A stretch of DNA of 64,000 bases from an uncultured Rhodobacteraceae bacterium (GTDB lineage Bacteria > Pseudomonadota > Alphaproteobacteria > Rhodobacterales > Rhodobacteraceae), in assembly GCA_937895435.1 (NCBI GenBank), contig CALAXT010000018.1, positions 3,216-67,215 on the forward strand, written 5' to 3'. The notes under the pieces were generated by a model that worked only from the letters and a program-made list of their open reading frames with translations, searched no databases and was not told where the DNA came from. A program made the position numbers and the translations under genes. Below, one piece after another: positions 16,674 to 26,211 of the stretch (its first letter is position 1; each line of letters begins with the position of its first letter).

Positions 16674-16706
16674 CGCAAGTCCACCTTTTGTTGTTGTGGC
16701 TCTCTT

Positions 16707-16721
16707 TCAAGTGCCGTGCCA
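16707..16721 (-). promoter_or_regulatory. Sigma-54-like promoter in front of the short FlgE-like gene
   Basis: The minus strand reads TGGCACGGCACTTGA. The -24 is perfect and the spacing correct, but the -12 is TTGA rather than TTGC. Geometry is good, with the -12 ~34 nt upstream of the ATG. Confidence 0.4.
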
Positions 16722-16737
16722 GAAGCGGCCGAGGCGT

Positions 16738-17511
16738 TTAGCGCACCGGATTTTGTTGGGAAAAATCGTCGCGAAAGGTCAAAATCTGATCCCATTTGGC
16801 CTGAAGCCGCCCCGGTAACGCATTACGGGCGACGATGTCTGGGGGTGGGGCGGTGATAATGTCGAAATCCCCGCCACGCATCCGCCCCATAAGCGCCGTG
16901 GCCAAGTCAGACCCATCCAGCTGCGCCAGGGGCGCCCAATTGGGCAGGCTGGCATTGGCCACTGTCACCGCCACATCAGGCGTCTTGGCACCCCAGACCC
17001 GCTTGACGCGCGACAGATACCCAACATTGAATTCAGGATTGGCTGAATGATAATGTTTGATCGCTGCATCCCAGCTGCCATGTTCGGCCCGCAGCGCGCT
17101 GAGAAACCGCGCCGCGTAGCGCACATTTGATGCAGGGTCGAGCATTTGATCAAGTGATGAGAATTCCTGCGCATGCCAACGCACGTTGATCTGCATGCAG
17201 CCAGTATCAACGTTGCGATCCCCCCCGTCGACCACCTTACGCAAAAACGCCAATGCTTTGGCCTGCGTATCAAAATAATAACCTTTACCGCGGTGGTTCA
17301 GCGTCCAGGGCCAGCCACGCACCCGTTTGTCGGGCCCAGCGCGGCCAGCCTCTACCCGAGAAATGCTGGCTAAAAGCCCATCAGGCAGACCGGCCTCGGC
17401 CCCAAAGCGGCTGGCAAGCGCCTCGCAATCAACGGCTGGGCTTGCCTGCAGACGAAGCGGCGCTGTAAGCGCCGCCGCCGAAAGCAAAAGAACCAGAATA
17501 ATCCGTCGCAT
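16738..17511 (-). CDS. sltF: Sec-exported lytic transglycosylase (SltF-like flagellar muramidase)
   Basis: Signal peptide MRRIILVLLLSAAALTAPLRLQA. SLT-domain motifs ISRVEAG (catalytic Glu), GCMQIN and AARFL...YHSA. It lies in the flagellar cluster, and the cluster's FlgJ lacks a muramidase domain. Start is ATG 17511 or ATG 17529. Confidence 0.7.
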   Translation of the reverse strand: MRRIILVLLLSAAALTAPLRLQASPAVDCEALASRFGAEAGLPDGLLASISRVEAGRAGPDKRVRGWPWTLNHRGKGYYFDTQAKALAFLRKVVDGGDRNVDTGCMQINVRWHAQEFSSLDQMLDPASNVRYAARFLSALRAEHGSWDAAIKHYHSANPEFNVGYLSRVKRVWGAKTPDVAVTVANASLPNWAPLAQLDGSDLATALMGRMRGGDFDIITAPPPDIVARNALPGRLQAKWDQILTFRDDFSQQNPVR

Positions 17512-17547
17512 CGCCACACCATTTTGCACATTGTGTGACGGCTATCA

Positions 17548-17562
17548 GCAAAAAGCGCGCCA
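17548..17562 (-). promoter_or_regulatory. Sigma-54 promoter of sltF
   Basis: The minus strand reads TGGCGCGCTTTTTGC (GG-N10-GC, TTGC). It lies in the 48-nt gap between flgL and sltF. Confidence 0.6.
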
Positions 17563-17577
17563 GTTGGCGGGCTTGGG

Positions 17578-18858
17578 TTACATAAAATCAAAAAGGCTGC
17601 GCTGGCTGACCGTTGCATAGGCCTTTTGCGCCGCATCTCGGTTCAGCACCAACGATTGCATCTGGGTGATCAACACTGCCAAATCAGCATCTTGCAGTTT
17701 TGAGACATCTTTTTCGATCTGCAACATGCGGTCATCCATGATCTTGGATTGCAATTCCGCCACCTGCAAATAGGAACCAACCTCTGCTTGGCGCAGCGCA
17801 ACATGTTCAATTGTGTCGCGAATATTGGCAATCGCTCCATTGATCCGATGGCGTTGGTCAGTAAGCTGCGCACTGCCCGTCGTGTCACCATTGCTGTCCA
17901 AAGCGCTGACCGTAGCCGAATAGTCAGCAGGAATTGCGGTGCCATCAGCACCTTCAATCTGCAAACGGTCCAGCTTAACAATACCACCACTTGTGGCAGT
18001 TAGAACCAAGCCTAAACCATCACCTGTCAGGCTTGCCGTGATGCCTGTTGTGCCACTTGCATCATTGATTGCGGTCATTGCGGTTGCAACTTCACCATCC
18101 ACCAGATCAAAGCTCAAGTTGGCTGATCCGCTGGGACCCGTCAGACGCATTTGCCACGTTTGGGGTTCGCGCGCGGCGCTAAAGCGCAGCTCGGCATTAT
18201 CGGTCGTCTGACGGCTGTCAGAACTGCCAGACCGATTTTCCACTGCTGCGATAAATCCATCAATCACATCAAACACGCTTTGTGGCCCCTCACTCGTGGC
18301 GACCCGCATGAAAGCATCTGCACCATCCAGGCTGGTGCTCAGACGCTGCGATGTTGAGATCGCCACGGAATGGCGACCATCATCACCCTGATAGGCAATA
18401 CCACCATCCGCATCCGTCACAAAAGGATCGGTGCTGGTGCGCAGCCCGCCAAAAATTGCCTGCCCATTGCCATCGCGTGTGTTTCCCAAGCTGACCAGAA
18501 GCCCACGCAACTGTTTTACCTCAGTCGCAATGGCGGTTCTATCGGTGTCGTTCAGCGTGTCGTTTCCTGCCTGAACAGCCAGTTCTGAAATACGCGTCAG
18601 GGCATTCACGCTGGCGCCCAGGGACGAATCTGCCACAGCCAACCGGTTTTGAGCGGTGGCAATGTTATCCGAAAACCGTTCGGCCGCCGCGCGCAACACT
18701 TTGGTCGCCGACAGCTTTACAGCCTGCGTTGGCGCATCCGCAGATTCGGTAAAGGCTTTGCCCGACGCCACCTGACTTTGCAGTTTTTGCGCATCTTCGG
18801 TCAGCCGATTGAACTGCGACACCGCCTGCTGGTTATAGAGCTTGCTGCTGATTGTCAT
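17578..18858 (-). CDS. flgL: Hook-associated protein 3 FlgL
   Basis: 426 aa. Flagellin-family N-terminus (MTISSKLYNQQAVSQFNRLTEDAQKLQSQVASGKAF) and C-terminus (...VLITQMQSLVLNRDAAQKAYATVSQRSLFDFM). Follows flgK. Confidence 0.85.
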   Translation of the reverse strand: MTISSKLYNQQAVSQFNRLTEDAQKLQSQVASGKAFTESADAPTQAVKLSATKVLRAAAERFSDNIATAQNRLAVADSSLGASVNALTRISELAVQAGNDTLNDTDRTAIATEVKQLRGLLVSLGNTRDGNGQAIFGGLRTSTDPFVTDADGGIAYQGDDGRHSVAISTSQRLSTSLDGADAFMRVATSEGPQSVFDVIDGFIAAVENRSGSSDSRQTTDNAELRFSAAREPQTWQMRLTGPSGSANLSFDLVDGEVATAMTAINDASGTTGITASLTGDGLGLVLTATSGGIVKLDRLQIEGADGTAIPADYSATVSALDSNGDTTGSAQLTDQRHRINGAIANIRDTIEHVALRQAEVGSYLQVAELQSKIMDDRMLQIEKDVSKLQDADLAVLITQMQSLVLNRDAAQKAYATVSQRSLFDFM

Positions 18859-18866
18859 GGCTGGCC

Positions 18867-21800
18867 TTACCTAAGCTGAAGAAGGGTGTCGAAAAGTTCT
18901 TTGGCGGTCGAAAGTATGCGCGCGGCCGCTTGATAGGCCTGTTGCTGTTCCAACAAATGCGCAGCCTCGGTATCAAGGTTAACCCCGTTTGATTCCGAAC
19001 GCGCATTATCTGCTGCGTTTTTCAACGCTGTGCTGGTGCTCAACGTCATGCCACTGGCCTGAACCGAGGCCCCAACACGCGTCAACATTTCTTGAAACAT
19101 GCCCTGAAACCCACCACGCCCATCGGTGCCAGTTTCCAGCGTCAGCATCGCGTCCAGATTACTGGCATCCCCAGTGGCCCCTGCCCCACCACTGACAACG
19201 CGGAAAATGTCATCATCAGACAGCGCACCTGAAACTGACAGGCTAAAGCCCGCCGCCTGCACCGGCGATCCGCTGCGCAATGTGCGCGTGGCTATCGAAT
19301 GCCCCGTGTCACGGTCAAAAATTTCAACCGTTCCAGCCGCCGCATTCATCACCCGCATTTCAACATCTGGCGCGGGCATCAGGCTGGCAGGTGTCAGATC
19401 ATAGGCTGCGCTCAGGCGGTTGGCCCCACCCCCGCTGGTGATCACAATCAGCTCTTCATCAGGCAGATCAGTCAGACGCACCCGGCTTGAGGCAAGCGAG
19501 CTGCCACTGGCATCAACCGAAATCGCCGCTCCATCGCGGCTGGTCATTTGAATTTGCCCATCAACAACGCGCAGACTGGCAGCCGCCACATTAAACCCAG
19601 CTGCTGCCGCGCTAGAACTGGGCTCAATCATCATCGGCAGCGTGCTGTCTGGGCCATAAAGCACAAGGGCATCGGTGCTGCTGGTGGATGTGCTCGCCCC
19701 CGTCGCAAAGGCAACTGTCAAGTCGGTCGCACCTGCTGTTGTCACACTCCACGTCGCCGAGTCGCTGTCATAAGACATGGTGATGGTTTCGGTCGTGTCA
19801 TCAACTGTGACATAAAACGTCGTATCATCGGTTGGCAGACTGACCGAAGCGCCCGTCAATTGCTGAGCCGTAGACACACCAGACAGGCCAAAGAGCGCCG
19901 CCGCAGCTTCATTGCCCGATACATCTGCATCCTCTGGAATGGCGAAGCCTTCACCACTTAAAATTCCTTGTGCAGCGCTCAGCCGCAGAATCATATCGCT
20001 GCCGATCACCGCCGTCAGGCGGCCATCTTCGGGGCCACTCACGACCACCTCACTGTCCACCATGGTCAGCGTATAGCTGTCGCCCGCCAGCGTGATTGTC
20101 AGCGATGTGCCATCATCTGGCAGATCGCTCATCTCTTCCCCCACCAAAGATGGCACTGGGGTATCTGCCCGCAGGCTGGCGGCCAAGGCGGCCGCCAGTT
20201 CTGTTTTATCCGCAGGGGTCAGGTCAGCACTGCTGATGGTCGCCGTGAAACTGGTGCCACCCGTATAACTTGCCGGCATCGTGACGCTATAGCTGGCGGC
20301 TGGCGCTTGTGCGGCCAAACCTTCGGGGTGGCTGTCGCCACCGTCAATCGCCTCTTCTATGGCGAAATCCAGCGTCAAGCTTTCGCCCGCAGTGCCGTAT
20401 TCCACCGACACCAGACCACCGCTCAGGGTATCTGCGGTACTGTCGCCCAGACTGGTTGAAAACGTATCAGACATCACAGCCGAAAAGCTCAACCGCCCCG
20501 CAGCACGCAGATCCGTCAGCCCCGTTGTGCCAGAAATCGATGTTGCATCAGACACTGCACTGTAATCAGCGTCCAGCACCTGTACGCTAAGACCAGCGCC
20601 ACTGGCCGTGCCAATACGAATATCTTCGCCATCTGACTGGGTCAGGATCAACCGCATTCCATCGCTGGATGTTTCAGCCACAATGCCTGTTTCTGATGAC
20701 AGCCGATTAATTGCAGTGCGCAGATTGGTCATATCACCGCTGGAAATTGACGTATCAATCGTCAGCGCGGTCAGGTTGCTGCCGGTCAGCTCAAACGTCA
20801 GGCTTTCAGAGCTGTCCGTATCCGTGGCGGTCAATTCAAGCCGGGTTATGGCAGTTACAGCGATTCCCATTGATTGCGTGGCTTCAGCCAATGTGCGCGC
20901 AGCATACCCGGCTGAAACCCCAGCAGGAATATCAACCGATACATCATCATAATCCGTGGCTGTGATCGTGATCGTCTGAGCGTCAGTGTTGCTGCCCGGC
21001 ACGTCATCGGTGCCGGTTTGCAGCACACCATCGCCATCCAATGTCGCAACCAGCGTCTGCGTGCCCGCCGAATTCATCACCTCAAGCCCCATACCACGAT
21101 AGGCATCAGCCCCTGTCAGGTTCAAGTAATCAGCGCGGTATTCAGCTTCAGCCGAAAAACCATTGGCCGTGGTAATCAAAGACGCAATCTGATCTGATGT
21201 CAGCGCGGTTCCTGCAATGTGGCGGCCCTCACGCGTGAAAATCTGAATGTCTGACGCATCGTCCACTGCGGCCGTCAGCGTCGGTTCGATGTCGCTGGCG
21301 GGGCCAGTGATCTGGCCTGTATCACTGAAATCAGTGGTGGCGGCCAAAACCAGCCGCCCCCCACCACCTGATGCATAGATCCCCAGATCGGCCATTGAAT
21401 AGCCGTCGTCGGTCTTCAATACGCCCGAATTCAGATAATCAGCCAACATGGTAAGATCGGTCCATGTGACAGCATCATCACTGGTATCTTCAATCAGCGA
21501 ACTATAGGTTACATCGACTTCATAGGCGGTGCCATTCACGGTGAATCCCAGCGTGCCGGCCAACGCCAAATCATCATCTGACACGACAAAAGACAGGCTG
21601 GATTGCCGACCAAAGCTGGCCAGTTCAACCGCCGTCGCATTGGCCGGGATCACCGCCACCACGCCCTCACGCAAAAAGCTGGTGGCCGCAACTGAGCTGA
21701 GACCGTTGTTAAAGGCGGAATCAATGCTGGCCTTATCGGTCAACGCGGCTGTAGGCTGCAACAGCGCGGTCACCATGGCCGAGCCATCATTGCCAATATC

Positions 21801-23117
21801 AGCCTGAACCGTCATCCCCGACGAGGCTGCGATTTCCTGCGAGCGGCTCAACAAAAAGGTCATGTTCAGCGCCGCGTCACCGGTCTTGCTTAAAACAAAT
21901 CCGTCGCCATCAGCCGCTGTTCCAGAAATCGCAATGCTGCCACCATCAAAGCTCAGTTGCTTGCGCCCTGTGGCAAGAACCTGCCCCGATGCGTCAACTG
22001 CGCTCCAAAGATCGGTGCTGGCCTTATAGCTCAGCCGCAATTCGGGCACGCCGTCAGGATCTGTCAGACTGCGCGACAGGCTCATGCTGGCAGTGCCAAG
22101 GTTGCCATTCTCGGCCTCAAAGGCATAGGCGGTCGATGAAAACATCGCCTTGCCTTTTTGGCCCTCAAGGTCTGTGCCTTGCATGTGTTGGGTGTTCATT
22201 TCAATGGTGATGGCTGATGCCAGCGTGTTCAGATCGTCCAGGGCCGCCGAAACCGCGCCATAAGCATCGGTCAGGCCGCGCAAAGCCCCACCGCCGGTCA
22301 ATTGCACCGGCGTGCCCTTGCCCATCAAACCGGTGGTGATCGCCAAACCATTCTCGCCGGCAGATATTGTCAGCGCATTGGCCCGGCTTGCGTTCACCAG
22401 CTCAACCCCGCCAAAGCTCGCGCCCATCGTCAGGGTGGCCTGCCCGCGCGTATCCAACTGCACGGAAACCTCTGTGATGGCGGAAATGCGGTCAATCAAC
22501 AAATCCCGCTCATCCAAAAGCGCAATCGGCGGCTTCCCACTTTGGCCGCCAGCACTGATTTGCGCATTGGTTGAGGACAGCGCCACTGTCAGCGCGTTCA
22601 GCTCACTTATTTCAGATTTGGCTTCGGCCAAAATTTGGTCAGACAAGCTGCCAAGCGTTTCGGCCGATGTGCGCACCGCACTGGCCAGCATCTTGCCCTG
22701 CTCGATGGCCACCATCCGCGGCGCGACGTCACCAGGCTGGGCGGCCACTTCGCTCAGGGATGTAAAGAATGCCTGCACAATACTGCCCAAGTCCCCCTCA
22801 GACGGCAAAAGCTGATTTTGCAAGGTGCGTATTTGGGCATCAAAGGCGCTGGCGGCTTCAAACTTTGCATCGGCACTGCGACTGCGTTCGGTCACAAATT
22901 CATCAAAGGCGCGACGAATTTCCCCCACCCGAACGCCCAGCCCAGTCTGCGCGGCAAGGCTTGTCATGGCACCCGCACTGCCAGAAACTTCTACGGTCAC
23001 GACATCGCGGCGGGAATAGCCTTCGGTATTGACGTTGACGATGTTTTGCCCGGTGACCGCCAGCGCATCACGCTGGGCCAAGACGCCACTGCGGCCGATA
23101 TCAATGAGGCTGGCCAT
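18867..23117 (-). CDS. flgK: Hook-associated protein 1 FlgK, giant form (1416 aa)
   Basis: The N-terminus MASLIDIGRSGVLAQRDALAVTGQNIVNVNTEGYSRRDV and C-terminus ...GVNLDTEAAHLLEQQQAYQAAARILSTAKELFDTLLQLR are canonical FlgK ends. A single uninterrupted ORF between flgJ and flgL. Confidence 0.9.
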   Translation of the reverse strand: MASLIDIGRSGVLAQRDALAVTGQNIVNVNTEGYSRRDVVTVEVSGSAGAMTSLAAQTGLGVRVGEIRRAFDEFVTERSRSADAKFEAASAFDAQIRTLQNQLLPSEGDLGSIVQAFFTSLSEVAAQPGDVAPRMVAIEQGKMLASAVRTSAETLGSLSDQILAEAKSEISELNALTVALSSTNAQISAGGQSGKPPIALLDERDLLIDRISAITEVSVQLDTRGQATLTMGASFGGVELVNASRANALTISAGENGLAITTGLMGKGTPVQLTGGGALRGLTDAYGAVSAALDDLNTLASAITIEMNTQHMQGTDLEGQKGKAMFSSTAYAFEAENGNLGTASMSLSRSLTDPDGVPELRLSYKASTDLWSAVDASGQVLATGRKQLSFDGGSIAISGTAADGDGFVLSKTGDAALNMTFLLSRSQEIAASSGMTVQADIGNDGSAMVTALLQPTAALTDKASIDSAFNNGLSSVAATSFLREGVVAVIPANATAVELASFGRQSSLSFVVSDDDLALAGTLGFTVNGTAYEVDVTYSSLIEDTSDDAVTWTDLTMLADYLNSGVLKTDDGYSMADLGIYASGGGGRLVLAATTDFSDTGQITGPASDIEPTLTAAVDDASDIQIFTREGRHIAGTALTSDQIASLITTANGFSAEAEYRADYLNLTGADAYRGMGLEVMNSAGTQTLVATLDGDGVLQTGTDDVPGSNTDAQTITITATDYDDVSVDIPAGVSAGYAARTLAEATQSMGIAVTAITRLELTATDTDSSESLTFELTGSNLTALTIDTSISSGDMTNLRTAINRLSSETGIVAETSSDGMRLILTQSDGEDIRIGTASGAGLSVQVLDADYSAVSDATSISGTTGLTDLRAAGRLSFSAVMSDTFSTSLGDSTADTLSGGLVSVEYGTAGESLTLDFAIEEAIDGGDSHPEGLAAQAPAASYSVTMPASYTGGTSFTATISSADLTPADKTELAAALAASLRADTPVPSLVGEEMSDLPDDGTSLTITLAGDSYTLTMVDSEVVVSGPEDGRLTAVIGSDMILRLSAAQGILSGEGFAIPEDADVSGNEAAAALFGLSGVSTAQQLTGASVSLPTDDTTFYVTVDDTTETITMSYDSDSATWSVTTAGATDLTVAFATGASTSTSSTDALVLYGPDSTLPMMIEPSSSAAAAGFNVAAASLRVVDGQIQMTSRDGAAISVDASGSSLASSRVRLTDLPDEELIVITSGGGANRLSAAYDLTPASLMPAPDVEMRVMNAAAGTVEIFDRDTGHSIATRTLRSGSPVQAAGFSLSVSGALSDDDIFRVVSGGAGATGDASNLDAMLTLETGTDGRGGFQGMFQEMLTRVGASVQASGMTLSTSTALKNAADNARSESNGVNLDTEAAHLLEQQQAYQAAARILSTAKELFDTLLQLR

Positions 23118-23120
23118 GAT

Positions 23121-23435
23121 TTAGTCCTGCTTGGCGGTCACGAACCGCGAAAACTGTGCAACAAGCGCATCGGCAATGCCAAGATTGGTGCCTCCCGCCA
23201 CTTCGGTTGCGTATTTTTGATCGAGCATGGCCGTGTAGGTATCGCCCGCATCACTTTGAAAAAGCCCATCCGACAGCTGGCTTTTGCGCGCGGCCTGCAT
23301 GAACTGGCCCATAAAAAGGGCCTCAAACTGTTCTGCGGCATCGCGCAGCTCTTTGACTTGGGTGTCTTGGGCTGCTTTTTGATCGGTGGGCAGATTTGCC
23401 GCAAGCGGCACAGCAGCCGTGATCTTTTCCATCAC
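23121..23435 (-). CDS. flgJ: Rod-binding-domain-only FlgJ (no muramidase domain)
   Basis: 104 aa. ...QVKELRDAAEQFEALFMGQFMQAARKS...YTAMLDQKYATEVA is the FlgJ N-terminal rod-binding domain pattern. The ORF stops before any glucosaminidase domain. Between flgI and flgK. Confidence 0.8.
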   Translation of the reverse strand: MMEKITAAVPLAANLPTDQKAAQDTQVKELRDAAEQFEALFMGQFMQAARKSQLSDGLFQSDAGDTYTAMLDQKYATEVAGGTNLGIADALVAQFSRFVTAKQD

Positions 23436-23443
23436 CCAACCCC

Positions 23444-24601
23444 TTAAATGATTATAAGTTCTGCACGAAGCGCACCGGCCGCGCGCAGCGCCTCAAGAAT
23501 AGCGACCAGATCAGATGGGCTGGCCCCAACGGCATTGATCGCATCGACAATCGAGGAAAGATCAACACCGGTATCAAATACAAAGGCCGGTTTGTCTTCC
23601 TGTTGCACATCAATTGTGCTGTTCTCGGTCACGATCGGTTCCGCCGGGGTCACCACGGTCTGGGTGCCATTCATAGAAACGGTCGATTGCGGAGAAACTG
23701 TAGGGTCTTCGCTTACTTTTACGGTCAAAGCACCGTGCGAAACAGCCGCCGGTGTCACACGCACCTTGCCGCCAATCACAATCGTCCCCGTCCGGGCATT
23801 TACGATCACTTTGGCCGGTGGCTCGGCCGGATCTACCTCAATGTTTTCCAGCATGCCCACGAACGAAACCCGCTGTGCCGGATCGCTGGGCGCGCGCACC
23901 CGAATAGAGGATGAGTCAATGGCCACAGCCACATCCGGGCCGAACACTGCATTGATTGCATTGGCAACACTGGCGGCGGTTGAAAAATCGCCCCGGTGCA
24001 AGTTCATCATAATATTGTCAGATTCAAGAAAGGCGGTATCGACCATGCGTTCAACCGTGGCGCCTTGCGGCACCCGGCCCACGGTTGGAATGTTCACCAC
24101 CATGGTTGAGCCATCCAGCCCCTCGGCCGACAATCCGCCCACCAAAAGATTACCCTGGGCAATGGCATAGGTTTCGCCATCTGCGCCCAAAAGCGGCGTC
24201 ATCAGCAAAGTGCCGCCCCGCAACGACTTGGCCGAACCAATGGTTGACACCGTCACATCAAGGGTTTGACCAGGCTTGATAAAGGCTGGCAGCTCTGCTG
24301 TGACCATCACAGATGCCGCATTCGACGCCTTAAGATCCGACACAGCCGCCGTCTGCCCCAAACGCGACACCATAGATTGCATGGATTGCAGCGCCAACTG
24401 GCCACCGCTGCCATCACCCGTGCCCGGCAGACCCACAACCAAACCATATCCCACCAACTGGTTGGTGCGCGCCCCCGCGATGGCTGTCAAATCTTTCAGC
24501 CGATCAGCCTGTGCGGCAGGCGCCAAACAAACGATCATGGCAGATGCACAAAGGCTTAAGAAAATCGCGCGCAACACCCTGCGCGGGCCACACCCTGACA
24601 T
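23444..24601 (-). CDS. flgI: Flagellar P-ring protein FlgI
   Basis: [30 protein letters not shown]..., C-terminus ...[18 protein letters not shown]. Signal peptide [35 protein letters not shown] 24601 is preferred over the TTG at 24637. Confidence 0.9.
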   Translation of the reverse strand: MSGCGPRRVLRAIFLSLCASAMIVCLAPAAQADRLKDLTAIAGARTNQLVGYGLVVGLPGTGDGSGGQLALQSMQSMVSRLGQTAAVSDLKASNAASVMVTAELPAFIKPGQTLDVTVSTIGSAKSLRGGTLLMTPLLGADGETYAIAQGNLLVGGLSAEGLDGSTMVVNIPTVGRVPQGATVERMVDTAFLESDNIMMNLHRGDFSTAASVANAINAVFGPDVAVAIDSSSIRVRAPSDPAQRVSFVGMLENIEVDPAEPPAKVIVNARTGTIVIGGKVRVTPAAVSHGALTVKVSEDPTVSPQSTVSMNGTQTVVTPAEPIVTENSTIDVQQEDKPAFVFDTGVDLSSIVDAINAVGASPSDLVAILEALRAAGALRAELIII

Positions 24602-24638
24602 CAGATTGAGTTGGCTGCGCGCCACACCGACCTCCAAT

Positions 24639-25340
24639 TTAAAACGGTGAAATAGCGGTCATGGCTTTGCCCAGCCAGCCGCGTTTGGAACTGTCGGCCA
24701 CATCCCCCGCACCGATATAGGTGATATCGGCATTGGCAATTCGGTCGGACAAAATCAGATTTTTTGAACTGATATCTTCAGGGCGCACCAAACCACGCAA
24801 ACGAATATATTCATCACCATTGTTCAGCGTGATTTTCTTTTGGCCCAAGATTTCCATCGTCCCATTCGGAAATACCCGCATCACGGTTACAGACATTTGA
24901 CCCGTCAGTGAATTTGACTGCTCGGCACCGCCTGTGCCCGCAAAAGATTGGGTTGTGCCCGAATCCAGCCGTGAATCAGTGAACCCGCCCGACAACACGT
25001 CAGGCAGATCAAGCGAAAAGCTGTCATCTTTGGTCGAAGAGGCCTTCTGCGACTTGGTCGCAGCAAAAGCTTCGGTGAAATAGACCGTGACGATATCACC
25101 CACGCGCGACGCCCGACCATCACGGGCAAATAAACCAGCCTCGCTGCCCTTATAGATCGCGCCCGTGCTGGCGCCCCGCCCAACGTCGATCATTTCTTCG
25201 GGGTAAACCGGCTGAAAATCGGCGCTGGCACGATCTTCGACATAGGTCGAACACCCAGAAAGCGTGGCCACAACGGCTAAGACCGCCATAAACCCGCGTG
25301 ACATGCTGTGCGTCGAACCATGGGCCATCATCGCAAACAT
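24639..25340 (-). CDS. flgH: Flagellar L-ring lipoprotein FlgH
   Basis: 233 aa. Lipobox VATLSGC. ...[28 protein letters not shown]... and ...[20 protein letters not shown] fit the FlgH pattern. Confidence 0.9.
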   Translation of the reverse strand: MFAMMAHGSTHSMSRGFMAVLAVVATLSGCSTYVEDRASADFQPVYPEEMIDVGRGASTGAIYKGSEAGLFARDGRASRVGDIVTVYFTEAFAATKSQKASSTKDDSFSLDLPDVLSGGFTDSRLDSGTTQSFAGTGGAEQSNSLTGQMSVTVMRVFPNGTMEILGQKKITLNNGDEYIRLRGLVRPEDISSKNLILSDRIANADITYIGAGDVADSSKRGWLGKAMTAISPF

Positions 25341-25342
25341 CC

Positions 25343-26131
25343 TCAGAGATTGTTCGAAACGAAGCGCATCATCTCATCCACAGCTGTGATCGACTTTGAG
25401 TTGACCTCATAAGCGCGCTGCGTCTCGATCATATCAACCAACTGCTGAACAACATTGACGTTAGAGCCTTCAAGCGAGCCCTGCACCAACTTACCAAAAC
25501 CCTGATCCAGCGGGGCAGCCACGACGGGCGCGCCACTCGCGGGGGTTTCCACCAAAAAGTTCTCACCCACCGGCAAAAGCCCACGCGGGTTGGCAAAATT
25601 GGCAAGGGTCAACGCACCAACTTCTTGCATTTTGGCGTCACCAGGAATGGAAACCGAAACCGTGCCATCAGCCGCAATGCTGATTTGCATGGCATCATCT
25701 GGAATGGTGATTTCAGGCTGCACCACATATCCGCTGGCGGTGGTCAACGCCCCATCGACGCTGCGCGAAAAATTGCCTGCACGTGTATATCCCATCGTGC
25801 CATCAGGCAGTAAAACCTGAAAAAATCCCTGACCATCAATCGCCAAATCCAAAGAGTTTTCGGTCGTGATCATCGCGCCCTGGGAATAGAGCTTTTCAGT
25901 GTTTACCGTACGCACCCCGGTCCCGATGGCCAAGCCTGCCGAGAGCATGCTGTCAACACCCGTGCGGTCGCCACCCGTGCGCGACACCTGATAGAGCAGG
26001 CTTTCGAAATTCGGGCGATCACGTTTAAAGCCAGTGGTGCTGGCGTTGGCTAGGTTGTTTGAAATTGTCTGCATGCGCAATTGTTGCGCACTTAGACCGG
26101 TTGCCGCTACGTGCATTGCGCTTGAAGACAT
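25343..26131 (-). CDS. flgG: Distal rod protein FlgG
   Basis: 262 aa. MSSSAMHVAATGLSAQQLRMQTISNNLANASTTGFKRDRPNFESLLYQ... and ...GSLEGSNVNVVQQLVDMIETQRAYEVNSKSI. Confidence 0.9.
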   Translation of the reverse strand: MSSSAMHVAATGLSAQQLRMQTISNNLANASTTGFKRDRPNFESLLYQVSRTGGDRTGVDSMLSAGLAIGTGVRTVNTEKLYSQGAMITTENSLDLAIDGQGFFQVLLPDGTMGYTRAGNFSRSVDGALTTASGYVVQPEITIPDDAMQISIAADGTVSVSIPGDAKMQEVGALTLANFANPRGLLPVGENFLVETPASGAPVVAAPLDQGFGKLVQGSLEGSNVNVVQQLVDMIETQRAYEVNSKSITAVDEMMRFVSNNL

Positions 26132-26169
26132 GATCTGGGCTCCTGAAAAGTGGTGTCATGCACCCTTTT

Positions 26170-26184
26170 GCAAAAGCCGTGCCA
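26170..26184 (-). promoter_or_regulatory. Sigma-54 promoter of the flgG-H-I-J-K-L operon
   Basis: The minus strand reads TGGCACGGCTTTTGC (perfect consensus), in the 80-nt flgF-flgG gap, ~39 nt upstream of the flgG ATG. Confidence 0.8.
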
Positions 26185-26211
26185 GATCACATGGGCGCGC
26201 ACCGCGCAAAA

